From the NCBI GenBank assembly GCA_046756925.1, contig JBHHXH010000003.1:1-62749 (forward strand): a DNA stretch of 62,749 bases. Reading direction: 5' to 3'. The notes beneath the pieces were generated by a model, which saw nothing but the letters and a program-made list of their open reading frames with translations, was not told the DNA's origin and searched no databases. Origin of the DNA: Nitrospiria bacterium (GTDB taxonomy: Bacteria > Nitrospirota > Nitrospiria > SBBL01 > JAADHI01). The translations under genes and the position numbers were made by a program. Shown piece by piece: positions 44,875 to 56,051 of this stretch. How positions within the stretch are numbered: the stretch's first letter is position 1; every line of letters begins with the position of its first letter.

Positions 44875-46653
44875 TCACGCGCCACCACGACTAAACGGCG
44901 GCGGCATGGACGACGGCGATGAAGACGCATGGGCCGCCTCGCGCAGCAGTCCCAAGAAAAATGGCCCATAGCTCGCGAGTTTTTTTGGACCGACCCCGTT
45001 GATCTCAAGAAATTGGGCTTCGGTCTGTGGCAATCTTGAGGCCATTTCGATCAGAGCCGCGTCGCTGAACACCAAGTAGGCTGGGATTTTTTTTTCGTCG
45101 GCCAGGCGCTTCCTGAGCTGTTTCAGGCGGGCGAGCAAGTTTTCGTCTATCGCGCTTTCAGTCCCCACAAAATCTGAGACCACGAATGCCCCCTTTCGCT
45201 TGGCACGTTTTTCCGCCTTTTCCAAGGGCCGGATCTCGGCCAGAATGTCGCGGCTCTGACAATGATCGCAGGCCTTTTCGCAATCGGCAATAACCTCGCC
45301 AAAATAGGCCACAAGCGCTCGATGACGACAGCCTTCCTTCTCGGCCAGCCGAAACATCTCACGGGTCTGTTGATAGATGCGTGTCTTGAGTGCCGGGTCC
45401 TCCAATTCGACCAAGAACTGTTCGTAACTGATCACCTCCGACCAGGAATAAAAAAGAATACAGTCGCTGCCAACACCGTCGCGCCCGGCCCGGCCGATCT
45501 CCTGATAATAGCCGTCGATGCTCTTGGGCATGTCGCGATGGATGACATAACGGATGTTGGGTTTGTCGATTCCCATCCCGAAGGCCACCGTCGCCACGAT
45601 CACATCGATGTCGTCGCGGCGGAAGGACTCCTGGGCATCGGCCCGTCTTTCGTGATCCAGGCCTGCATGATAGGGCATGACACGAATGCCGTGCTCGCCC
45701 AAATAGGCCGCCATCTGTTCCACGGCCTTGCGGCTCAAGCAGTAGACGATGCCGGACTGTCCCTTGCGCGACTGAATCAGGCGTAGGATATCGCGCCGCG
45801 TGTTCCGCCCACCGCCCTTTTTGTAAGCATGAAGCCGGAGGTTCGGGCGAAAAAAGGAGCCCCGATATCGAAAGGGCGCGGACATGCCCATCTGCTCGGC
45901 GATGTCGTCGGCCACATGGCCGGTCGCCGTCGCCGTGAGCGCCAAGACGGGCACATGGCCAAATTGCTCTTTCAGACCGCTGAGATTCCGGTACGAAGGG
46001 CGAAAGTCGTGGCCCCACTGGCTGATGCAGTGGGCTTCGTCGATGGCGATCAGGTTGATCTCGCAGCGCGAAAGCAGCTCGAACAAGGTCCCGTCCAAGC
46101 CCTCCGGTGCGACATAGACCAAGTCGTAATGCCCGGCCATCAAGTGACCGATCCGTTCCCTACGCGCGTCCGCATCGAGGCTGGAATTGACAAAAGCGGC
46201 CCGGATGCCAACTTCGGTCAAGGCATCGACTTGATCCTTCATGAGGGAAATCAAGGGTGAGATGACGACGGAGGTGCCCTTTAAGATCCGGGCGGGGATC
46301 TGATAGGTGAGTGACTTGCCCGCCCCGGTCGGCATCACGCCCACGCAGTCGCGTCCGGCCAGCACGGCCTGAATAATCTCCTCCTGACCGGCGCGGAAGG
46401 CATCGTAGCCGAAAACCGATTCCAGTACCGATTGCGGCGAGTCCGCTGTCCTAGCCCCATCGGCCAATCTGCGGAGCCACTTCACCAAGGAAGGATCGAA
46501 TAAAATGGGAGCGCCGCGATAAACCTCCCGGAGTTTTTCGATACGGGACCAATAACCGGCATCCCGTGCAACCGGCGCGTGTTGGGCAGCGATTTGGGCC
46601 AGGGCCGCCACCTCTTCCATCAGCGTTTCTTTTGACCAGGTTTCAGACATCAA
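44875..46653 (-). CDS. recQ: ATP-dependent DNA helicase RecQ
   Basis: GYDAFRAGQEEII, PTGAGKSLTYQ, DEAHCISQWGHDFRP, a zinc-binding region and a C-terminal HRDC-like region. Confidence 0.93.
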   Translation of the reverse strand: MMSETWSKETLMEEVAALAQIAAQHAPVARDAGYWSRIEKLREVYRGAPILFDPSLVKWLRRLADGARTADSPQSVLESVFGYDAFRAGQEEIIQAVLAGRDCVGVMPTGAGKSLTYQIPARILKGTSVVISPLISLMKDQVDALTEVGIRAAFVNSSLDADARRERIGHLMAGHYDLVYVAPEGLDGTLFELLSRCEINLIAIDEAHCISQWGHDFRPSYRNLSGLKEQFGHVPVLALTATATGHVADDIAEQMGMSAPFRYRGSFFRPNLRLHAYKKGGGRNTRRDILRLIQSRKGQSGIVYCLSRKAVEQMAAYLGEHGIRVMPYHAGLDHERRADAQESFRRDDIDVIVATVAFGMGIDKPNIRYVIHRDMPKSIDGYYQEIGRAGRDGVGSDCILFYSWSEVISYEQFLVELEDPALKTRIYQQTREMFRLAEKEGCRHRALVAYFGEVIADCEKACDHCQSRDILAEIRPLEKAEKRAKRKGAFVVSDFVGTESAIDENLLARLKQLRKRLADEKKIPAYLVFSDAALIEMASRLPQTEAQFLEINGVGPKKLASYGPFFLGLLREAAHASSSPSSMPPPFSRGGA

Positions 46654-47019
46654 CGGGAAGTTTAAAAGAGAAGGACGAAAAAGGCAAGATCGATGACGAT
46701 TCGAAGAACCGTCAACCTTAAATTTGGAATGCGCTATTTCCCCTGTAGATCGTCGACTGCCGTTTCATCGGATGTATGGAGTGATGCGCACACTTGGCGG
46801 ACTCATAAAAACAGGACAAGCAAAGTGCCGGTTTTAAAAGGAACCCACCAAAAAGGACTTGGATGCCGCTGGTCTACAGCGCCGGTTCCCGACAAAAAGC
46901 AACACCATCTTTAATCCTCAAAAGAGGGTTCTTAGGCAAAAAAATGCGAAAAAGAGAGGCAAGTAAATCGTGAACGAATCAAAAAAAAGGTCTCAGTAAC
47001 CGGACAAGGTAACGGCAGT

Positions 47020-47466
47020 TCAATCGTTTTTCTCGGCTTTTTTGCTTGTTTTCTTTTCTTTCTTTGGGTCTTTCTTCCCCGCTTTTTCATCCTTGGCCGA
47101 TTCCACGGTTTCCGTCTTGGTCAGTTCGAGGATGGCCATCTGAGAGGCGTCTCCCTTTCGAATTCGGCTCTTGACCAAACGGGTATAGCCTCCGTTTTGG
47201 TCGGAAAAACGGGGAGCAATATCGGAAAATAGCAGAGTGGCGACGGATCGATCGAATAGATATGAGGCGGCCAGCCTTCTTGAATGCAGGTCGCCGCGTT
47301 TGCCTAACGAAATCATCCGCTCCGCAATAGGACGGATCTCCTTGGCCTTCGACTCGGTTGTTTCGATTCGCCCGTGTTCGAGAAAGGAGGTCACCAGATT
47401 CCGGAAAAGAGCCCGTCGATGAGAACTGTTCCGCCCCAAGGGACGGCCTGATTTACGATGACGCAT
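47020..47466 (-). CDS. rplQ: 50S ribosomal protein L17 with a Lys-rich C-terminal tail
   Basis: MRHRKSGRPLGRNSSHRRALFRNL. About 30 extra C-terminal residues are rich in K/E. Confidence 0.95.
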   Translation of the reverse strand: MRHRKSGRPLGRNSSHRRALFRNLVTSFLEHGRIETTESKAKEIRPIAERMISLGKRGDLHSRRLAASYLFDRSVATLLFSDIAPRFSDQNGGYTRLVKSRIRKGDASQMAILELTKTETVESAKDEKAGKKDPKKEKKTSKKAEKND

Positions 47467-47478
47467 AAAAAGTATTCC

Positions 47479-48480
47479 TTATGTCGTTTCGCCTTCCTGA
47501 ACATCTTCAGGAAGCGCACCCTTATCCACATCCATGCCGAGCGAAAGCCCCATGTCAACAAGGATCTCTTTAATTTCGTTCAGCGATTTCCGGCCGAAGT
47601 TTTTCGTTCTCAACATTTCCGACTCCGAACGTTGAACCAGATCCCCAATGGTTCGAATACTCGCATTCTTCAGGCAATTGGCGGCGCGAACGGAGAGCTC
47701 AAGTTCATGGACATTTTTCAGTAGATTTTTATTGAATCCCTGGCTGTCTTCCTTGTCCTGCTCCATAGGCGGTACGGGTTCTTCAAAATTGATAAACAAA
47801 TCCAAGTGGTCTTTGAGGATTTTTGCGGAAAACCCAAGCACATCATCCGGACGGACACTGCCATCGGTCCAAATTTCCATAATCAATTTGTCATAATCGG
47901 TGACACGGCCGACACGGGCATTTTCGACGGAAAAATTCACTTTTCGAATGGGTGAAAACACGGCGTCGATCGGAATCGTTCCGATCGCCATGTCCTCGTC
48001 TTTATTGCGTTCCGCTGGCACATAGCCACGGCCGATTTGAACAACCATCTCAATATCGATCTTGCCGTCTTTATCGAGGGTCGCAATATGCAAATCGGGA
48101 ACAAGCACTTCGACATCCGGGTCCGGCGTAATATGTTTTGCCAACAATTTTCCGGCCCCCTTTTTCCTGAGCGTGAGGACTTTCGGTTGATTGGAATGAA
48201 GCTTCAAACGCAGATTCTTGATGTTCAAGATGATATCGGTGACATCTTCTTTCACGCCCGGAACCGTCGAAAATTCGTGAAGGGCACCCTCGATCTTTAC
48301 GGAAGTCACCGCCGCGCCGGCAATGGACGAAAGCAGGATGCGCCTTAAAGAATTTCCGATGGTACTGCCATAACCGCGCTCGAAGGGTTCCGCCGTGAAT
48401 TTTCCATAGGTATTGGACAGCGTTTCCTTATCCACTTCCAGCTTTTTAGGGATTTGAAAATCTTTTGTTCTAATGATCAT
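47479..48480 (-). CDS. rpoA: DNA-directed RNA polymerase subunit alpha
   Basis: [25 protein letters not shown] and C-terminal domain [20 protein letters not shown]. Confidence 0.96.
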   Translation of the reverse strand: MIIRTKDFQIPKKLEVDKETLSNTYGKFTAEPFERGYGSTIGNSLRRILLSSIAGAAVTSVKIEGALHEFSTVPGVKEDVTDIILNIKNLRLKLHSNQPKVLTLRKKGAGKLLAKHITPDPDVEVLVPDLHIATLDKDGKIDIEMVVQIGRGYVPAERNKDEDMAIGTIPIDAVFSPIRKVNFSVENARVGRVTDYDKLIMEIWTDGSVRPDDVLGFSAKILKDHLDLFINFEEPVPPMEQDKEDSQGFNKNLLKNVHELELSVRAANCLKNASIRTIGDLVQRSESEMLRTKNFGRKSLNEIKEILVDMGLSLGMDVDKGALPEDVQEGETT

Positions 48481-48552
48481 AATGCCCTCATTTAATCGTT
48501 GGGTAAACGAACAGGTTGCAATATAATATGCGATCCTCGCCCATTCCCTGCA

Positions 48553-49176
48553 TTATCTTGAATAAAGCTCGACCACAAGCTGTTCATTGACAGGCAGTCC
48601 AATCTCCTCCTTGGTCGGAAACGTTTTGACTTCCCCCCTAAAATGCGCTTGATCGAGTTCCAGCCACTCAGGTGTTCGACCTCCTGACACCTCAAGTGCG
48701 CTCTGAATAGGAAGGAGGCTCCGGCTCTTGTCCCTGACCTCGATGACGGTGCCGATCTTTACCAAGAATGAAGGAATATTGACAGTTCTCCCGTTGACTG
48801 CAAAATGATTTTGACGAACCAGCATCCGGCTTTGCTTACGAGATGCAGCAAAACCAAGACGGTATATCACGTTATCGAGACGAGACTCGAGCAAGACCAA
48901 CAGGTTTTCCCCCGTCACCCCTTTTTTCCTGTCCGCCTTATAGAAGTAGTGTCTAAATTGCCGCTCCAGCAAGCCATAAATTCTTTTTAATTTCTGTTTT
49001 TCGCGCAATTGCGTGCGGTACTCCGACACCCGCGATCGCGCCTGGCCATGTTGTCCCGGCGGGTAACCTCGCCGGTCCACCGCGCATTTCTCGGAGAAAC
49101 ACCGCGTTCCTTTAAGAAAAAGTTTTGTCCCTTCGCGCCGACACAGCCGACAAGCCGGCCCAATATATCTTGCCAA
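48553..49176 (-). CDS. rpsD: 30S ribosomal protein S4
   Basis: [23 protein letters not shown]. Confidence 0.96.
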   Translation of the reverse strand: MARYIGPACRLCRREGTKLFLKGTRCFSEKCAVDRRGYPPGQHGQARSRVSEYRTQLREKQKLKRIYGLLERQFRHYFYKADRKKGVTGENLLVLLESRLDNVIYRLGFAASRKQSRMLVRQNHFAVNGRTVNIPSFLVKIGTVIEVRDKSRSLLPIQSALEVSGGRTPEWLELDQAHFRGEVKTFPTKEEIGLPVNEQLVVELYSR

Positions 49177-49253
49177 TCAATCCTCCTGTTTCATTTTGCG
49201 GACGATCCCCAAAACCCGCTGAATGGTTGCTGACCTTAAATCAGACAAGTACA

Positions 49254-49637
49254 CTATACGCGCCTTTTCTTTGGGGGACGACAACCGTTATGCGGCACCG
49301 GCGTGACATCTTTTATAAGATTGACTTTCAGGCCGGCAGCCTGCAAGGCCCGAATCGCCGATTCCCGACCTGACCCCGGTCCTTTTACATACACATCCAC
49401 CTGCTTCATGCCGTGATCGATGGCTTTCTTCGCCACGACCTCCGCCGCACGCTGCGCGGCAAAGGGGGTACTTTTTCGCGATCCCTTAAACCCGAGGCTG
49501 CCGGCACTTCCCCAAACAATCACGTTGCCGTTCATGTCCGCGATGGTGACGAGGGTATTGTTAAACGTCGCTTGAATATGGGCAACGCCGGTTTGAACAT
49601 AGCGTTTTTCTTTTTTCTTCGTTCCTTTCTTTGCCAC
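49254..49637 (-). CDS. rpsK: 30S ribosomal protein S11
   Basis: [18 protein letters not shown]...[14 protein letters not shown]. Confidence 0.96.
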   Translation of the reverse strand: MAKKGTKKKEKRYVQTGVAHIQATFNNTLVTIADMNGNVIVWGSAGSLGFKGSRKSTPFAAQRAAEVVAKKAIDHGMKQVDVYVKGPGSGRESAIRALQAAGLKVNLIKDVTPVPHNGCRPPKKRRV

Positions 49638-49678
49638 TCCTCATCCCTTTCTCTCGTGAAAAAGCATGATCGATCTTT

Positions 49679-50050
49679 TTATTTTTTCTTACCGCCCACC
49701 GCATGTTTCTTCGGACCTTTGCGGGTCCGGGCATTGGTTTGGGTTTGCTGCCCCCTCACCGGCAGTCCGCGGCGATGACGCAATCCCCGATAACACCCTA
49801 TGTCCATTAAGCGTTTGATATTCATCGATACTTCACGCCGAAGATCCCCTTCCACCTTGTAGTCCCTCAATATGGCATCTCGCAAGCGAACCACTTCATC
49901 TTCGCTGAGATCCTTGATACGCGTATTCGGATCAATGGCGTTGTTTTTTAATATTTTATTGGACGAGGCCCGACCAATCCCCAGGATATAGGTCAAGCCA
50001 ATCTCGGCCCGCTTGTTTTTTGGCAGGTCTACCCCTGCGATCCTCGCCAT
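49679..50050 (-). CDS. rpsM: 30S ribosomal protein S13
   Basis: [14 protein letters not shown] at the internal ATG at 50050. The track ORF start at 50119 reads through the rpmJ region. Confidence 0.95.
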   Translation of the reverse strand: MARIAGVDLPKNKRAEIGLTYILGIGRASSNKILKNNAIDPNTRIKDLSEDEVVRLRDAILRDYKVEGDLRREVSMNIKRLMDIGCYRGLRHRRGLPVRGQQTQTNARTRKGPKKHAVGGKKK

Positions 50051-50069
50051 ATGTGCTCCCTGTTCATGT

Positions 50070-50183
50070 TTATCCTTGCCGTTGTTTGTGCCGAGGATTC
50101 GGACAAATGACTCGGACAATCTGCTTTCGTCGGATCACCCTGCACTTGGCACAAATCGGTTTGACTGAAGCGCGTACTTTCAT
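50070..50183 (-). CDS. rpmJ: 50S ribosomal protein L36 (37 aa, absent from the ORF track)
   Basis: Hand translation of the minus strand gives [37 protein letters not shown] followed by a stop. It sits in the canonical infA-rpmJ-rpsM position. Confidence 0.9.
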   Translation of the reverse strand: MKVRASVKPICAKCRVIRRKQIVRVICPNPRHKQRQG

Positions 50184-50203
50184 ATCTATTCACACCACCA
50201 TAT

Positions 50204-50422
50204 TTATTTCGAAAATCGGTAAGTAATCCGTCCCCGCGTTAAATCATATGGAGAAAGTTTTACGGTCACCTTATCTCCCGGTAAAATCTTAATATAGTGC
50301 ATCCGCATCTTTCCGGAAATATGGGCGAGAACACGGTAACCGTTCTCGAGTTCGACCCGAAACATTGCATTGGGAAGCGTCTCAATGATCGTCCCCTGCG
50401 CCTCTATCGATTCTTCCTTCAT
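50204..50422 (-). CDS. infA: translation initiation factor IF-1
   Basis: [34 protein letters not shown]. Confidence 0.96.
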   Translation of the reverse strand: MKEESIEAQGTIIETLPNAMFRVELENGYRVLAHISGKMRMHYIKILPGDKVTVKLSPYDLTRGRITYRFSK

Positions 50423-50463
50423 TAGAAAATAATGTTTCTCATCGCGGATACACTGCCCTTCGG

Positions 50464-51210
50464 CTATACCTTGCTCAAAATCGTCGGCCCGTCTTTCGTA
50501 ATCGCAATCGTATGCTCAAAGTGGGCCGAAAGACTACCGTCCGTCGTCACGGCCGTCCAGCCATCGTCCTGAACGCTCACATGATGCTTGCCCATATTCA
50601 CCATCGGTTCGATGGCAAAAACCATCCCTTCCCGCAGACGAGGCCCTTGCCCTTTCGGTCCGAAGTTCGGAATCTGCGGTTCCTCATGCAAAGACCGACC
50701 GATGCCATGCCCCACAAAATCGGTAACAATCGAGTAACCGTCTTTTTCAACACAGCTTTGGATGGCATGCGATATATCGGACAGCCGTCCACCCTCCCTT
50801 CCTTGATCGATGCCTGCGTACAAGGAGGCTTCGGTGACCCGAAGCAATCGAAGAATCTCTTCGGCCACCTCCCCGACAGGAACCGTGATGGCCGAATCAC
50901 CATAGAAACCTTCATAGATGGCGCCAAGGTCGAGACCGACAATATCTCCGTCCTTGATGATTTTATCTGAAGGTATCCCGTGAACAACCTCTTCATTGAT
51001 GGAAACACAAAGCGTGGCGGGGAAATCATGATATCCCTTAAAAGCCGGCATACCGCCTTGCTCTCGGATCCTTTCTTCGACGAAGGTGTCCAACATTTTA
51101 GTGGTCATACCCGGCTTCATATAAGCCTTTAATGCCTGCAAGGCATTGGCGACCATTCTGCTGGCAACTGCAATTTTCTCTACCTCTTCTTTGGACTTTA
51201 AAATGATCAT
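50464..51210 (-). CDS. map: type I methionine aminopeptidase
   Basis: [22 protein letters not shown] and FAIEPM metal-ligand motifs. Confidence 0.95.
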   Translation of the reverse strand: MIILKSKEEVEKIAVASRMVANALQALKAYMKPGMTTKMLDTFVEERIREQGGMPAFKGYHDFPATLCVSINEEVVHGIPSDKIIKDGDIVGLDLGAIYEGFYGDSAITVPVGEVAEEILRLLRVTEASLYAGIDQGREGGRLSDISHAIQSCVEKDGYSIVTDFVGHGIGRSLHEEPQIPNFGPKGQGPRLREGMVFAIEPMVNMGKHHVSVQDDGWTAVTTDGSLSAHFEHTIAITKDGPTILSKV

Positions 51211-51267
51211 CTTTTCTGGTGAACATAACCAAAACCGTCCGCCGGTCCGACGCCTGCGAGCGATCGC

Positions 51268-51918
51268 TTAGGATATACTTGCTCCGATCAGTGCTTCAAC
51301 TTTCCCTCTGACCTCCTCCAAGCTCCCTGACGCATCCACCTCGGCCAACAAGTCCTTTTCCTTGTAATAAGCGATTAAAGGAGATGTCTCGTTCCGATAT
51401 ACCAGAAGACGTTCCTTGACGGTGTGCGGAACATCGTCTTTCCGTTGAATCAGTTTCGTGCCGCAATCGCAAACATCGTCGTTTTGAGGCCGGTTGAAAA
51501 TAACATGATAGACCGATTGGCAAGCGGGGCAACTTCGCCTTCCGGAAATTCTCCGAACCAGATCCGATTCGTCCAAGGAAAAATAGATGACCCGGTCAAT
51601 GTGACTTCCCTCCCGATCGAGGACCCCCTGAAGTGCATCCCCTTGACCCAGGGTCCTTGGAAACCCATCCAGAATAAAGCCCGATTTTGCATCTTCTTTG
51701 TTGAGGCGATCATGAACCAGCTCGATAACCAATGCATCGGGAACGAGTTTTCCGGAATCGATATACGATTTGGCTTGTAAACCGAGCGTCGTCCGATCCG
51801 ACATGGATTTTCTTAAAATATCACCCGTCGCAATATGGGGAATGTCATATTTTTTGGAAAGTTTTCCGGCTTGGGTTCCTTTTCCGACACCCGGCGGCCC
51901 CAAAAATACAAGACGCAT
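51268..51918 (-). CDS. adk: adenylate kinase (Cys4 zinc lid)
   Basis: FLGPPGVGKGTQ P-loop. Lid is CPACQSVYH...CDCG. Confidence 0.95.
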   Translation of the reverse strand: MRLVFLGPPGVGKGTQAGKLSKKYDIPHIATGDILRKSMSDRTTLGLQAKSYIDSGKLVPDALVIELVHDRLNKEDAKSGFILDGFPRTLGQGDALQGVLDREGSHIDRVIYFSLDESDLVRRISGRRSCPACQSVYHVIFNRPQNDDVCDCGTKLIQRKDDVPHTVKERLLVYRNETSPLIAYYKEKDLLAEVDASGSLEEVRGKVEALIGASIS

Positions 51919-51922
51919 GTCT

Positions 51923-53236
51923 CTAAAACCCCTTGCCTTTCAGCTTGCCCTTCTTCATAAAGCCATCATAGTTCCGGGTCACCAAATGTGTTTCGATCTG
52001 CTGAGCCGTATCCATTCCGACACCGACAACAATGAGAAGAGAAGTCCCCCCGAAGGCAAAGGGCACACTAAAGCGATAGATAAGAATCTCGGGAATGATG
52101 GCGACAATAGCGAGATAAAGCGCGCCTGCAAAGGTCACACGGGTTAAAACTTTATATATAAAATCGGATGTTCTTTGTCCCGGCCGGACCCCGGGGATAA
52201 ACCCACCGTATTTTTTCATATTGTCGGCCATGTCCACTGGGTTGAGCACGACTGCCGTATAGAAAAAAGCAAAAAAGATAATCAGCAATGCATAGAGCAG
52301 GGTGTAGAAAGTCGTCCCGGGAGCCAGGTTCCGGCTGAGAGATTGCACCCAGGGAACCGTAATAAATCCGGCAATAGTGGCGGGAAAAGCAATGATGGAG
52401 GACGCAAATATCGGCGGAATCACACCGGCGGTATTGATTTTAAGCGGAATATGCGTGCTCTGTCCGCCGTATATCTTCCGCCCCACAACCCGTTTTGCAT
52501 ATTGAACCGGAATCTTCCGCCGGCCGCTTTCCAAAAATACGATCGCGAGGATCACACCGATCATCATCAACACAAGCACCATGACGAAAATAAAACCGAT
52601 CTGTCCGTTTTGAAATAGCTGTATGGTATTGATCACCGCCGCAGGCAATCGTACGACAATGCCGGCGAATATAATCAGCGAAATACCGTTTCCAATGCCC
52701 CGCTCTGTAATCTGCTCCCCCAACCACATCAAAAAGGCCGTGCCGGCCGTAATGGTAATAATCGCCATGAGCCGAAAACCCCAACCAGGTCTTTGAACAA
52801 AAGCGCCGCCTTCCATCCCCTCCAATCCGATCGCAATACCCAGAGCTTGCACAAGACCAATCCCGATCGTCGCGAAACGGGTATACTGCGTAATCTTCTT
52901 TCGGCCCATCTCCCCTTCTTTGGCAAGCTTCGACAAAGTGGGGATCACCACCGTCAGGAGCTGAATAATGATGGAAGCCGAAATATAGGGCATAATACCC
53001 AATGCAAAAATCGTCAGCCTCGAAAGTCCGCCGCCCGAAAACATGTCGAGAAAACCCATCAAGGCGCCTCCGCGTTCCGACAAAAACTGGCTGAGTTGTT
53101 CGTTGTTAATACCGGGCGTGGGAATATGGGCGCCCATGCGATAAACGAACAACATCATCGCAGTAAAAGCGATCCGTTGCCGGAGCTCCTCGATCTTTAC
53201 AATATTTTTAATGCTGCTGACGAACCTGTCGAACAA
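51923..53236 (-). CDS. secY: preprotein translocase subunit SecY
   Basis: 437-aa polytopic protein. LGIMPYISASII and GISLIIFAGIV. Confidence 0.96.
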   Translation of the reverse strand: MFDRFVSSIKNIVKIEELRQRIAFTAMMLFVYRMGAHIPTPGINNEQLSQFLSERGGALMGFLDMFSGGGLSRLTIFALGIMPYISASIIIQLLTVVIPTLSKLAKEGEMGRKKITQYTRFATIGIGLVQALGIAIGLEGMEGGAFVQRPGWGFRLMAIITITAGTAFLMWLGEQITERGIGNGISLIIFAGIVVRLPAAVINTIQLFQNGQIGFIFVMVLVLMMIGVILAIVFLESGRRKIPVQYAKRVVGRKIYGGQSTHIPLKINTAGVIPPIFASSIIAFPATIAGFITVPWVQSLSRNLAPGTTFYTLLYALLIIFFAFFYTAVVLNPVDMADNMKKYGGFIPGVRPGQRTSDFIYKVLTRVTFAGALYLAIVAIIPEILIYRFSVPFAFGGTSLLIVVGVGMDTAQQIETHLVTRNYDGFMKKGKLKGKGF

Positions 53237-53250
53237 GCCCGATCTCCCTT

Positions 53251-53694
53251 CTAAGAGAGGATTTCCGTTCGTCCACCGGCCGCCGTTATCTTTTCGGTGG
53301 CTTTTCGGCTAAACTGATGTGCCGAAACAACCAGCGGCTTGGTGAGAGCGCCATCGCTCAATATTTTGATCTGTCGCCTGGTGTTTTTAACCACGCCCGA
53401 CTCTCGTAAGAGTTGTGGAGAAACGACCGTGTCGGAATCAAAACGCTCGAGCTGACCAATATTGACGAGTTGGTATGTTTTTTTGAAGATATTCTTAAAT
53501 CCACGTTTTGGTACCCGGCGTGTCAAGGGCTGCTGCCCCCCTTCAAACCAAGGGGCTTTTGTACCCCCGGAACGGGCGGCCTGACCTTTATGACCCTTGC
53601 CGGCAGTTTTACCCTGTCCCGATCCCGGTCCCCGCCCGATCCTTCTGCGTTTTTTATTTGAACCGTCCGAAGGCGCAAGATCCGAAATCTTCAT
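53251..53694 (-). CDS. rplO: 50S ribosomal protein L15
   Basis: KKRRRIGRGPGSGQGKTAGKGHKGQ. Confidence 0.95.
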   Translation of the reverse strand: MKISDLAPSDGSNKKRRRIGRGPGSGQGKTAGKGHKGQAARSGGTKAPWFEGGQQPLTRRVPKRGFKNIFKKTYQLVNIGQLERFDSDTVVSPQLLRESGVVKNTRRQIKILSDGALTKPLVVSAHQFSRKATEKITAAGGRTEILS

Positions 53695-53876
53695 TCGACC
53701 TCCTCCACATGAATCATGTGGGAAACCTTTCGAACCATTCCCCTGATTTCAGGCGAATCGATACGAACGACCACCTGACGAATGCGTTTTAAGCCAAGAC
53801 CCGAAATAACACGACGATGCTTTTCCGGTCTGCCGATGCAACTTTTCCGCAACTGAATCGATAATTTTTTAGCCAT
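53691..53876 (-). CDS. rpmD: 50S ribosomal protein L30
   Basis: 61 aa. LSIQLRKSCIGRPEKHRRVISGLGLKRI. Confidence 0.93.
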   Translation of the reverse strand: MAKKLSIQLRKSCIGRPEKHRRVISGLGLKRIRQVVVRIDSPEIRGMVRKVSHMIHVEEVE

Positions 53877-53902
53877 TTAAATATTCCGGACCCCAACACC
53901 AC

Positions 53903-54379
53903 TCAACGTCTCATCTCCCTGATCCGGTCAGGATGCTTTAATTTCGAGAACCCGTCCAGCGTTGCACTGACCACGTTGATCGGGTTGCCGCCACCCAAAC
54001 ACTTGCTCAATATATTGGACACGCCTGCCATTTCCATCACGGCCCGGACGGGCCCGCCCGCAATAATGCCCGTCCCGTCCGAAGCCGGCTTCAACATCAC
54101 CCGCTCCGCACCAAAGCGCCCGGTCACTTCGTAAGGGATGGTCGAACCTTTTAAAGGCACCCGTATAAGATGTTTTTTCGCATCCTCTATCGCCTTCCGG
54201 ATCGCTTCCGGAACCTCCGAGGCCTTTCCTTTTCCCGCGCCGACATGACCCTCTCCATCACCCACCACGACGATCGCCGAAAAGGAAAACCGTTTCCCCC
54301 CCTTGACGACTTTTGCAACCCGATTGATAAAGACAACTTTATCTTTCAGGGTTAGGTCATTGGGATTGATTTTCTTCAA
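53903..54379 (-). CDS. rpsE: 30S ribosomal protein S5
   Basis: [27 protein letters not shown] start. Confidence 0.95.
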   Translation of the reverse strand: MKKINPNDLTLKDKVVFINRVAKVVKGGKRFSFSAIVVVGDGEGHVGAGKGKASEVPEAIRKAIEDAKKHLIRVPLKGSTIPYEVTGRFGAERVMLKPASDGTGIIAGGPVRAVMEMAGVSNILSKCLGGGNPINVVSATLDGFSKLKHPDRIREMRR

Positions 54380-54434
54380 ATATAAACTCCTTATCCAAGT
54401 GCTGCTTCAGAAGTACTGTTTCACAAGTACTGTT

Positions 54435-54788
54435 TTAGAAGATAAGACCGCCTTTTTTGGCTGCATCCGCAAAGGCCTTCACCCTCCCATGATAGAGGTT
54501 CCCCCCCCGGTCGAAGACCACTTTTTGAATCTTCGCAGCCATTGCTTTTTTCGCCAACTGCGCTCCGACCTTGGCGGCTTCTTCGATATTGCCTTTCAAA
54601 CCTTGACCGAGGCTCGATGCAGAAAGAAGCGTTTTGCCAGTGACATCGTCGACGATCTGCCCGTAGATATGGTTTAAGCTTCGAAAAACGGAAACTCTCG
54701 GACAAGCAGCGGTGCCCTTCACTTTCCTTCGAATGCGGCGATGCCTTCTGAAACGGGCAATCTTTTTTTCTTTTGCTGGACTCCTCAC
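54435..54788 (-). CDS. rplR: 50S ribosomal protein L18
   Basis: [20 protein letters not shown] ... [23 protein letters not shown] start. Confidence 0.95.
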   Translation of the reverse strand: MRSPAKEKKIARFRRHRRIRRKVKGTAACPRVSVFRSLNHIYGQIVDDVTGKTLLSASSLGQGLKGNIEEAAKVGAQLAKKAMAAKIQKVVFDRGGNLYHGRVKAFADAAKKGGLIF

Positions 54789-54797
54789 GATATTCCG

Positions 54798-55334
54798 CTA
54801 CTTTCCTTTCTTCCCCTCTTTCCGCACAATGCGCTCGTCTCGATATTTAACGCCCTTTCCTTTATAGGGCTCGGGCGGTCTAAAATCACGAATCTTCGCG
54901 GCGGTTTCTCCGACGAGGTACTTGTTAATCCCTTTGATTGCCACGAGTGTTTGTTTTTCGACAACGGCATCGATACCGGCAGGGAGGTCGAATCGAATGG
55001 GATGAGAATATCCTAGATTCAACACCAATACCTTACCCTCCAATGTCGCTCTATAACCCACGCCGTGGAGTTCAAGAACCTTTTCGAAACCCTGTGTAAC
55101 ACCCTGGATGACATTGGCTATCTCACTCCGAAGCAATCCATGAAGCGATCGGACCGAAGACATATCGGATGCGCGCTTTACAAGCACCGCTCCCCCCTCG
55201 ACGGCAACGTCCAACATCGATCCGATGGCTTGAGAACCCTCTCCTTTTGGGCCCTTAATGTATACGAAACCCTTTTCGACACGAACTTCCACCCCATTCG
55301 GTATTTGTATTTTTTTATGTCCTATTCGAGACAT
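54798..55334 (-). CDS. rplF: 50S ribosomal protein L6
   Basis: MSRIGHKKIQIPNGVEV ... GYSHPI ... PEPYKGKGVKY. Confidence 0.95.
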   Translation of the reverse strand: MSRIGHKKIQIPNGVEVRVEKGFVYIKGPKGEGSQAIGSMLDVAVEGGAVLVKRASDMSSVRSLHGLLRSEIANVIQGVTQGFEKVLELHGVGYRATLEGKVLVLNLGYSHPIRFDLPAGIDAVVEKQTLVAIKGINKYLVGETAAKIRDFRPPEPYKGKGVKYRDERIVRKEGKKGK

Positions 55335-55352
55335 AACGCAGCGTCCATTCGC

Positions 55353-55745
55353 TTACCAAACATAACAGAGTACTTCACCGCCTATTTTTTCTCTTCGTGA
55401 TCTGCGACCGGTCATGACGCCACGCGAGGTAGAAAGGATGACGATGCCAAGACCTCTCTTCACATAGGGAATCGATTCGCAATCGACATACACACGGCGG
55501 CCCGGCTTGCTCACCCGTTTCAGCTCCGTAATCACCGGCTCTTCTTCCTCGCTATACTTTAAAGAAATTTTAATATCTCCCAAACCGGACGACCCGAGTT
55601 CCTTATAAGCCCGTATATAACCTTCTTCTTTTAAAATACGCGCGATCTCTCGTTTGATCTTCGAGAAGGGAACATGCACTTCCGGATGCTTCCGCATCTT
55701 CGCGTTTCGAATCCGAGTCAGCATGTCGGATATCGGATCTGTCAT
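55353..55745 (-). CDS. rpsH: 30S ribosomal protein S8
   Basis: MTDPISDMLTRIRNA ... ILSTSRGVMT. Confidence 0.95.
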   Translation of the reverse strand: MTDPISDMLTRIRNAKMRKHPEVHVPFSKIKREIARILKEEGYIRAYKELGSSGLGDIKISLKYSEEEEPVITELKRVSKPGRRVYVDCESIPYVKRGLGIVILSTSRGVMTGRRSRREKIGGEVLCYVW

Positions 55746-55849
55746 TCCTTACCCCACTTCCATATTAATTAAGACGGCGAAACAAAAAACATTCCGACCT
55801 TTTAAAACATATTAAACCTACAGGCATTGAAGGATTCCATCGACCGCAC

Positions 55850-56035
55850 CTACCAGCTCGACTTTGTCACACCTGGAAGTTCACCTCTCAGCCCAAGGAT
55901 CCTAAAACAGATCCGGCAAAGCGAAAATTTTCTAATATACCCGCGAACCCTTCCGCAGACCAGACACCGGTGATACCGCCTCACCGGAAACTTCGGGTCG
56001 CGAAGTGATTTTGCGATCAGGGCTTTTCTGGCCAC
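55850..56035 (-). CDS. rpsZ: 30S ribosomal protein S14, type Z (zinc-binding, 61 aa)
   Basis: MARKALIAK...[23 protein letters not shown] with CxxC...CxxC. Confidence 0.94.
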   Translation of the reverse strand: MARKALIAKSLRDPKFPVRRYHRCLVCGRVRGYIRKFSLCRICFRILGLRGELPGVTKSSW

Positions 56036-56051
56036 GCCTTCCCCCTTACCA

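Noticed and set aside
46654-47019. 365-bp spacer between rplQ and recQ, examined for a tRNA or small RNA
   Set aside because: I found only short imperfect hairpins (for example ggaacc...ggttcc around 46850-46890) and a T8 run with no convincing stem. No tRNA T-arm or anticodon-arm pattern is present. It most likely holds the recQ promoter and rplQ 3' UTR.
54411-54435. Tandem 11-nt direct repeat aagtactgttt-cac-aagtactgttt in the rplR-rpsE spacer. Each copy contains the AGTACT palindrome.
   Set aside because: It is too short to distinguish from chance or a small duplication at the rplR stop, and no supporting structure was seen.
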